A stretch of DNA of 64,000 bases from the NCBI RefSeq assembly GCF_006345805.1, contig NC_043008.1, forward strand, positions 53,320,001 to 53,384,000, in the 5' to 3' direction. The notes under the pieces are model-generated. The model had not been told where the DNA came from, made no database searches, and saw only the letters and a program-made list of their open reading frames with translations. Positions 55,481-64,000 of the stretch are shown piece by piece. Both the position numbers and the translations under genes were made by a program. How positions within the stretch are numbered: the stretch's first letter is position 1; each line of letters starts with the position of its first letter. This stretch comes from Octopus sinensis. Lineage: Eukaryota.

Positions 55481-55584
55481 ATTGAAGATTACAATGTATT
55501 AAAGTTCACATATGTTTCCTAAAGGTCATAGAAGAAAAATCCAAAATACGCCATGTAAATTATTGAAATGTTCATCAAATACGG

Positions 55585-55818
55585 GGAAAGAGAGAAAGTG
55601 AAAGAGAGAGAGAGAAAGAGAGTTTTGAGAGAGAGAGAGAGAGAGAGATGAGAAGGAAGAGAGAGGAGGAGAAGGAGAGAGATAAAGAGAGCGAGAAGAG
55701 AGAGAGGAGAGAGAAGGAGGAGGAGAGGAGAGGAGAGCGAGGAAGAAGAGAAGAAAAGAGAGGAGAGAAAGAAAGAGAGAAGAAGAAAGAAAGAAGAAGA
55801 GAGGAAAAGGGAGAAAGA

Positions 55819-55865
<47 letters not shown>

Positions 55866-56136
55866 GGGAAAGAGGAGGGAGAGGAGAGAAAAAGAGAGAG
55901 AGAGAGATGAGAGAGAGGAGAAGGAGAGGAGAGAAAGAAAAGAGAGAGAGGAAGAAAGAGAGAGGGGGAGAAAGAGAGAGAGAAGAAAGAAAAAGAGGAG
56001 TGAGAGCGAGAGAGAGAGAAAGAAAAAGAAAAGAGAGAGGGAAGAGAGTGAGAGAGAGAGAAGAGAAAGAGAGAGAGAAAGGGAGAGAGAGAAGAGAGAG
56101 AGAAAAAGAAAGAGGAGGAAGAGAGAGGAGAAAGAT

Positions 56137-56168
<32 letters not shown>

Positions 56169-56227
56169 AAGACGAGAGAGAAGGAGAGAGCGAGAGGGGA
56201 GAGAGAGAAAGGGAGGAGAGAGAGAGA

Positions 56228-56263
<36 letters not shown>

Positions 56264-56265
56264 CG
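55585..56265. repeat. GA-rich polypurine tract
   Basis: Almost purely A/G on the + strand. Confidence 0.95.
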
Positions 56266-56971
56266 AGCGGAAATTCTAGAACGAGGAAAAGATATTGTTT
56301 ACGTCGAGATATAGTTATGTAGCAGAGAATAATGGTTTGAAGAAAATATTTAGATTAGCTTAGTATGTCACTTACTTGTGTGTGTGTGTGTATGTATGCG
56401 TGTGTGTATGTGTGTATGTGTGTGTGTGTGTGCGTATAAATATGTTTATATGTATACACACTTGTATACATCTATAATTATATTTGAATCTGAGACTATA
56501 CTGAGGTAGTAGTATGTAGCTTTATGTGAATCACAATTGTATTTTTACAAAAGCGTAAAAAAAACAATCTCGTAGTTTACTTGTTGAAAAATCTAGTTCA
56601 CGTAAAGACAGGTGGTTTTTTCATGACGTAATCATTTCTTCAATTATAAACACTATAAGTACTAAACCAATTATAAGCAGAGATATTTCACCGAAAGAAG
56701 ACTATGAAACTTGTTAGAAAGCTTTATGAGATATAAATGTTGTTGGTTCTCTTATACTAGAATCGTACAAACTAATCGGTTGAATTGAATTTAATTCTCG
56801 TCAAAAATGAAAGAAAGCCGTTGTGAAGTAATGTAAGGAGAAATGAATTAAATAGCAAAGCGCTCGAGTTTGTTTTGGCTGTGATTATTGTTTAATTCCC
56901 GGGGAATTCTATTGCAAACGTGTATTATCAAAGGTGTTCTCGTCGTAACCGTGTGTGAGACATAGTATCAA

Positions 56972-57832
56972 AGGCGGCGAGCTGTCCTTGTTTGTCCCCT
57001 CTGTGATTAGCCCCTTGTGGGTAGTAAAGAAATAGGTATTTCCTCTGCCGTTACGTTCTGAGTTCAAATTCCGCCGAGGTCGACTTTACCTTTTATCCTT
57101 TCGTCTGTCCTTTCGTGGTGAGTTCAAATTTCGCCGAGGTTGACTATCATCCTTTCGGGTTCGATAAATTAAGTATTAGTTGTGTCAGGGGTCAATCTAA
57201 TCGACTGGTCCCTTCCCCCAAAATTTCAGGCCTTGAGTAGAAAAGAATCGTTGGCACGCCGGGCAAAATGCGTAGCCGTATTTCGTCTGCTGTTACGTTC
57301 TGAGTTCAAATTCCGCCGAGGTCGACTTTGCCTTTCATCCTTTCGGGGTCGATAAATTAAGTACCAGTTACGCACTGGGGTCGATGTAATCCACTTAATC
57401 CGTTTGTCTGTCCTTGTTTGTCCCCTTCTGTGTTTAGCCCCTTGTGGGTAGTAAAGAAATAGGTATTTCGTCTGTCGTTACGTTCTGAGTTCAAATTCCG
57501 CCGAGGTCGACTTGCCTTTCATCCTTCCTTCGGGGTCGATAAATTAAGTACCAGTTACGCACTGGGGTCGATGTAATCCACTTAATCCGTTTGTCTGTCC
57601 TTGTTTGTCCCCTTCTGTGTTTAGCCCCTTGTGGGTAGTAAAGAAATAGGTATTTCGTCTGTCGTTACGTTCTGAGTTCAAATTCCGCCGAGGTCGACTT
57701 TGCCTTTCATCCTTTCGGGCTCGATAAATTAAGTACCAGTTACGCACTGGGGTCGATGTAATCGACTTAATCCGTTTGTCTGTCCTTGTTTGTCCCCTTC
57801 TGTGTTTAGCCCCTTGTGGGTAGTAAAGAAAC
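56972..57832 (+). mobile_element. SINE type B tandem chain including three ~185-bp near-identical units
   Basis: Units begin at about 57278, 57463 and 57650, each joined via AAAGAAATA|GGTATTTCGTCTG. Confidence 0.9.
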
Positions 57833-59015
57833 AAATTATCATCATGAGTATAGACATTCCTATTTCGAGTCTTAGGAATCATTAGACTTCTTACTCGGTT
57901 TCCATGGTGTATTAATGACCGTGATTGAAACATTCCCACCATCTTTGAACGGATCGTCAGTCAGTCTCAGGGTTATCCATTAACAACTTTGTGAACTGGA
58001 GCAACGTGAAATGAAGTGTGTTTTTGCTTAATAACACGATACAGCACCTAGCCCGGGAATCGAAACCACACTACTACGATCGTGAGCAAGTCACTCACTG
58101 TCATTTATCTTGGCTAATATTGTCAATGTACACTATGTCTAACTCTGTGAGACGTAGTGTACCTTGGTTTATTAGGCGTTATGTCCTAATTTTCATAAGA
58201 AGCTAATATGTGATTTGAGAGGTTTGGTTACTCTTTCTAGCGGATCGATTGACCCTATAAATAACCTCCTTCTCATTTACTATTACGACCCATCAATTGA
58301 TGCGGTATCTGTTTTGAAAACCGTAAATAATGTTTACAGACAAAACAGGTATATATAAAATAATGTTGTGATTAATTTGTCATTTATTTGTTTATATATT
58401 TTACAGCGCTGAATTAAAAAACTGAAAACCATTTTTCTACATCAAATAACATTTTTTTTAATTTCAAAGAACACTATTTTAGTTTTCAATTATAACATTT
58501 TTATCATTTCGCATACATAATTATAATTTTATATACAAAATGATAATAAAATATCCATTTATAAATAATTATTTACATACAGATATTTTATTACAATGCT
58601 AATATGTTTGAATTTAGTATTTCCTAATATTAAAAGATAATAATTTTAAATATTGACGCATCTTATTTCTTTACTAATAAATTTAAGTTTTGTTATTATA
58701 ATGTTAACGAACATTAATGACGTTTAAAGGTTATGTGAGCATTACCGATCTTGTTTTGTTAAATTTGTGGAAAATTTCCACTCAAAAATAAACGGAACAT
58801 AACAGATACCGTTAAAAAACATTTTACTACAGTGCAATAAAACGCGATGATCGTTACGACAAAACAAGTCCGTCATTGTGCTAGCTCTGTTTGTGTTGAA
58901 GACCTAAAACTAATGAATAAATCTCAAAAACGGAGCTCTTGAGTTTCGTATTTCAACGCTTTGCAAGAAAGCAAAAATGTTTGTTAACAATTGCATTTTC
59001 TTTTGTTCCTACAAA

Positions 59016-59409
59016 TCTTCTTTATATATAAAAGTGAAGTTGTGTGAGTGTCTGTCTCCTACGATTTAGATTCCTAACTACTCCCACATTTTGCGGTGTA
59101 GTTTAACCAAAACCGGGTATCTCATAGTCGGGATTCATATCGAGCCCTTCTGGGTATTAGCGCGCGTCTACGATGAGTCTACGATTTTAAAAATAATTTA
59201 CCATAATTTTTTCCGTTTTAATGCATTTTTTTCGCTATTATATAAGGAAAGTAACTCTCTAAAAATGTCTACGATGAGTCAACGATTTAAAAATAAAATT
59301 TACCATCATTTTTATCCATTTTTTTGCTATTTTTTGGCTATAACTCTCTAAAAATGCTTATATAGTTATTTCCCTTACAAACCCGAGCAACGCCGGGCGA
59401 TACTGCTAG
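59016..59409 (+). mobile_element. Non-autonomous Helitron
   Basis: Starts TC (TCTTCTTTATATATAAAA), ends CTAG, has a subterminal hairpin CCCGAGCAACGCCGGG (59382-59397), is inserted between A and T with no TSD, and carries an internal duplication GTCTACGATGAGTC.ACGATTT. Confidence 0.85.
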
Positions 59410-59588
59410 TTAAAAAATACAATTTTAAAAGATGAGAAAGAAATCATTGTAATCATTAGTAAAGTTTATTTGCCAACATAATGTGGCAGTCCTATAGAAG
59501 GACGGTGTTACTGTCTTCTAAACCCAGGAAAATATCTTTTCCAGTTGGCTGCCAGCACACAGTTTGTACTCGTATAGTATATGCAAGG

Positions 59589-59904
59589 TGGAGGCGCAAT
59601 GGCCCAGTGGTTAGGGCAGCAGACTCGCGGTCGGAGGATCGCGGTTTCGATTCCCAGACCATGCGTTGTATGTGTTTATTGAGCGAAAACATCTAAAGCT
59701 CCACGAGTCTCCAGCAGGGGGTGGTGGCGACCCCTGTTGTACTCTTTTGCCCCAACTTTCTCTCACTCTCTCTTCCTGTTTCTTGAGTAACGCTGCGATG
59801 GACTGGCGTCCCGTCCAGCTGGGGGGAACACATACGCCACAGAAACCGGGAAACCGGGCCTATGAGCCTGGCTAGGCTTGAAAAGAGCGCATAAATAAAT
59901 AAAA
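59589..59904 (+). mobile_element. SINE type C variant with a different 3' half, with TSD
   Basis: Same head; the 3' half is CTGCGATGGACTGGCGTCCCGTCCAG... 14-bp TSD ATAGTATATGCAAG at 59574-59587 and 59905-59918. Confidence 0.85.
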
Positions 59905-59953
59905 ATAGTATATGCAAGAGAGGTCATCGCTCCCATCTCTAGCCTTACGTGTT

Positions 59954-60000
59954 ACTCAAAGACCTAGGTTTCTGGGTGGTTACCCGTCATCAGTGTGAGT
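59954..60000 (-). ncRNA. Type I hammerhead ribozyme, near-intact
   Basis: Minus strand ACTCACA-CTGATGA-cGGGT(aacc)ACCCa-GAAA-C(CTAG)GTC-TTTGAGT. Stem I pairs 6/7, palindromic stem III ACCTAGGT, GUC triplet; the first stem II pair is a C-A mismatch. Confidence 0.85.
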
Positions 60001-60684
60001 GAATCACCAGCTAATGATGAAGGCTCTCGCCATTTGCAAATACTACATATTTTTATGCGACACAGTCGCTGATCTCTTAAAACAATTTGTAATCATTTGT
60101 TAGACAAAAGAACTGTAGAGAATGGATGTAAAGAAAGTGATATGATGATAAACGATGGGAGTGGAAAGGCTGAGATGCCAGTCGGAGATGTAGTTTTAAT
60201 TTTTTGATCAAAAAAAAAACCCTATGAATACAAAGAGATTAAAGAAGATTGTTTGCGAAGAAGCTGGATAGTAAAATGTATTTCAAAATTTACTGTTTCA
60301 AAAAGTACCATTTCCCCCTAAAATGTCTAGGAGTCATGAATGAAAAATAGGATTATGATATCAATGCCTTGGTGAGGAAATGGTAGAATAATTCTACCAT
60401 CCAAAATAGGTTGAGTCTCTTCTCCGGGCCGAGTTTAAATTACAAGGCTTTGGTCCAATCAAGAGCTTGTATAGGTCACTTGCTTAAATTGCTTTGCATT
60501 CGAACAGGACCCAACTTCTCAATTCCATAGACATATGTATGTCCTTTGCCTGGGGTGGAATGATTATAGGAAAAATGCTTGGATTCGTATGTGATAGAAG
60601 TGAGATATAAGGAGACAAGATGAAGATAAGGATATATATCGGCCTGTATTTTGATGGAGGTGATATGTAGCTGGTATAAATACA

Positions 60685-60914
60685 AGGCGGCAAGCTGGCA
60701 GAAACGTTAGCACGCTGGGCGAAATGCGTAGCCGTATTTCATCTGCCGTTACGTTCTGAGTTCAAATTCCGCCGAGGTCGACTTTGCCTTTCATCCTTTC
60801 GGGGTCGATAAATTAAGTACCAGTTACGCACTGGGGTCGATATAATCGACTTAATCCGTTTGTCTGTCCTTGTTTGTCCTCTTTGTGTAGCCCCTTGTGG
60901 GTAGTAAAGAAATA
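60685..60914 (+). mobile_element. SINE type B, solitary full-length copy with TSD
   Basis: Flanking direct repeat GGTATAAAT at 60673-60681 and 60915-60923. Confidence 0.9.
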
Positions 60915-61257
60915 GGTATAAATGCGGAGGCGTAAAAGTTGTTCAGATAACAGTAGAATTAAAGAGGGAGAGAGAGTGAAAATTTTAAAAAAGTACACCT
61001 AAGAACCAATTCTGTAGTGGCGAAACAAATAAAATAGATGTAAAAATATGCACAAGCCATTTAAAATAACAGATATGAACTACTAATTTCTTTTTAAAAG
61101 CTTTTTTCGTGTTACGTCATTTTGGAACCAACTACCGATGTAAGTTGAGAAATTCCTGAATATTAATTCGAATTCTTATAGGTATATAATTATATGATAT
61201 TTTGTCTCTTCTTAGTAATTAACTTCTAACTACTTCGGCAAATACGGTGAACATACG

Positions 61258-61300
61258 CTCCGCTGAAGAGTTTTAATAATTACCGAAAACGTGTCTGGAG
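61258..61300 (+). ncRNA. Hammerhead motif (decayed)
   Basis: CTCCG-CTGAAGA-gttttaataattacc-GAAA-ACGT-GTC-TGGAG. 5-bp stem I; stem III is one C short of the palindrome CACGTG; weak stem II. Confidence 0.6.
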
Positions 61301-61359
61301 TTGTCTCCCGTACTGCCAAAATGATTTTAAAATATTGGGTTCAAATTTTTGCACGTCAA

Positions 61360-62020
61360 CCCTAGTGCATAACTGGTACTTATTTTATCGACCTCGAAAG
61401 GATGAGAGACACGGTCGAAATACTTATTTCTTTACTACCCACAAGGGGCTAAACACAGAGAGGAAAAACAAGGACAGACAAACGGATTAAATCGATTATA
61501 TCGACCCCGGTGCGTAACTGGTACTTATTTAATTGACCCTAAAAGGATGAAAGGCAAAGTCGACCTCGGCGGAATTTGAACTCAGATCGTAGCGGCAGAC
61601 GAAATACCTATTTCTATTTCTTTACTACCTACAAGGGGCTAAACACAGGGAGGACAAACAAAGACAGACAAACGGATTAAGTCGATTATATTGACCCAGT
61701 GCGTAACTGGTACTTATTTAATTGACCCCGAAAAGATGAAAGGCAAAGTCGACCTCGGTGGAATTTGAACTCAGAACTTAGCGGCAGACGAAATACCCAT
61801 TTTTTTACTACCCACAAGGGGCTAAACACAGAGAGGACAAACAAGGACAAACGGATTAAGTCGATTGTATCGACCCCAGTGCGTAACTGGTACTTATTTA
61901 ATCGACTCCGAAAGGATGAAAGGCAAAGTCAATCTCATTAGAATTTGAACTCAGAACGTAGCGGCGGACGAAATACCGCTGAGCATTTCCCCCGGCATGC
62001 CAACGATTCTGCCAGCTTGC
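61360..62020 (-). mobile_element. SINE type B tandem chain (three units plus a fragment)
   Basis: Reverse complement of the 57278 chain. Confidence 0.85.
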
Positions 62021-63599
62021 TGTGTTACTGATTCAAAAAATATTAGCCACCGATGTAACTTCTTTTTCTTCATAACATAACATAATTACTTTTTATTACA
62101 GTTTTAATCCTCATTTAATCAAATAAGTTAACTCTCACTTAGCCTAAAAAGAATTGAGCAAATTGAACGCGATGTGTGTGTTCGTTATATTCTTTTTATT
62201 TGAAAGGAAAATATCCGCAAAATATCGTTATATTTTACGAAGACGACTCGAGAACAAAATAAGAAATATATTTGATGACGCAATTTTTAAGAAAAGGGAT
62301 TCGTAAACACGACAAGAAACAGCGTGAAAACAAAAGCAAGACCGATCAACGAGGGTTTTTTCTATGTGTTCGTTCGACCTGCAAGAAATAGCAGCTAAAT
62401 CCTTTCAAATTATACCTTACCTCTCTTTACGATGACAACATTGTGTAACAAAATTTTAGTGTTGTATTTGTCTTTGGTCAATAATTGTGATTTTCTATTT
62501 GCTTCTATCTTGAAATCAAAGGAAATGACTACTATTCCCTTCATACTTTGCTTTTGTAACAAACATCAATGTTTTGAAACTGACCTATTTTCCATTACAT
62601 TTCAGACAGATTCAGCGCTTAGTTGCTGAAGCAGAAATATCGTTATAGTAAATATTCTCCTCAATACCACATATTTGCTTGCCCATTGCTTGACCTTAGC
62701 CACTTGAACATGTCCCTTAATGGCTGACAATATGTGCATTTCTAACCATGGGCTGGATTAGTGGGGGCGCATCATAAGAGGGATTCTTTGGGGTTTGAAT
62801 AAATATAACAAAAGCAAAATTTGAAGGAAATATTAGCAATTTTTCATTCTTTCAAGGTGCAAGCCTGAAGGAAATGGCAGCTGCTACCTAAGGATGAAAA
62901 CTTCGTTGCACAGTGTACTGGATAATGTAGTCTTTGATATATTATGTCTGACACAAAACCATTAGGGATGGTCGATATTAAAACGTCTTTGGTCATAGAT
63001 TTACTTTATCAGGTTTAAGATGGAGCCAGAAAAAAAAGAAGGAATAACACAACCACATACCAACAACAAAAACATTTTATGACAGAAGGTCCTTGCCGGA
63101 AAGTTAAAACTTTACTCGGTTAGAGTGATAAATGTTCAGAATTTTTGGCTTTCAAATAAATTTTCTCTTGAAATGACAACCCAGGTTAACATAAAATAGA
63201 GGTTAACTACACAATGTAGGATATAAAGAGCGTTATAAATGATAAAATACGTTCAAAGCAAGTTTTACAACTGGTTTTTAATCCTCAAAGTAGACGCTAA
63301 ATAATATTAATTTTCTTTCTTCAGAGCAGTTAACATACAACAGCCATACCACGACACCTTTAACTCTTTGAATCAATGGAATTGGTTATTCTGAAGTTTA
63401 GAAGTAAAGGACATTAATATACAAGACAGGCCGTTAAGTCATATTTATCTATCTTCCTATAAACCTATTCTTGTACGTACACATTCATGCAAAGGAGCGT
63501 GTGGATACACACGCATTATCTCCTACACACAAATACGAATTTTAAGGAATATCAAGCGAAAAAGAATTCAATGATAATTTTCAGAGTAATACATACATG

Positions 63600-63790
63600 T
63601 GGAGGCGCAATAGCCCAATGGTTAGGGTAGCGGACTCGCGGTCGTAAGAACGCTGCTTCGATTCCCAGACCGGGTATTGTGAGTGTTTATTGAGCAAAAA
63701 CACCTAAGCTCCACGAGACTCCGGCGGGGGGGGGAGTATGAACCACGCTGTACTCTTTCACCACGACTTTCTCTCACTCTTTCTTCCTAC
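63600..63790 (+). mobile_element. SINE type C, 5' half
   Basis: Head and first body segment match the 18111 copy. Confidence 0.8.
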
Positions 63791-64000
63791 TTCTGCCACA
63801 AAGCAGAGGAACCATTTGTAACCCACTATGGTGTGGTAAACTTTCAGACCCTAGTCTAGATTGCGAATCCTCTGTACCCCAGGATGGTTCAGCTCTCCAC
63901 CCGTTAAAAGCCACCGTTTGCGAAATGAGGATAACAACGTAGCTTTCGCGCTCGTGCAACCGCCAGTCTACCGCGTGTGGTGGGGTGGATATTCAAGTTG

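Noticed and set aside
63315-63372. Acceptor followed by an EQL-like frame as a candidate next SK exon
   Set aside because: It needs phase 1 whereas the 8437 donor is phase 0, and the frame closes quickly without SK similarity.

Overview
AT-rich, microsatellite-saturated animal genomic DNA. The SINE and simple-repeat content suggests an octopus/cephalopod; this is an inference, not a search result. Only one host coding exon is well supported: 8336-8437 (+), encoding the C-terminal coiled coil of an SK/KCNN-type Ca2+-activated K+ channel. Most of the ORF track is microsatellite noise. The rest is intronic/intergenic and filled with tRNA-derived SINEs of three types, CR1/L2-like and Dong/R4-like LINE relics, a Penelope-like (PLE) GIY-YIG relic, a non-autonomous Helitron, a Helentron-type element, a piggyBac-type MITE and a possible mariner relic. 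The main discovery is about a dozen type-I hammerhead ribozyme motifs of unrelated sequence, some near-intact and some decayed. Most have a palindromic or near-palindromic minimal stem III. Several lie in hairpin-shaped insertions (inverted partial copy plus direct copy) within (TA)n tracts, and one is linked to a PLE endonuclease, pointing to a diverse ribozyme-bearing PLE/retrozyme-like population. There is a 100-N assembly gap at 16091-16190. All coordinates were read by eye, and repeat boundaries are approximate.
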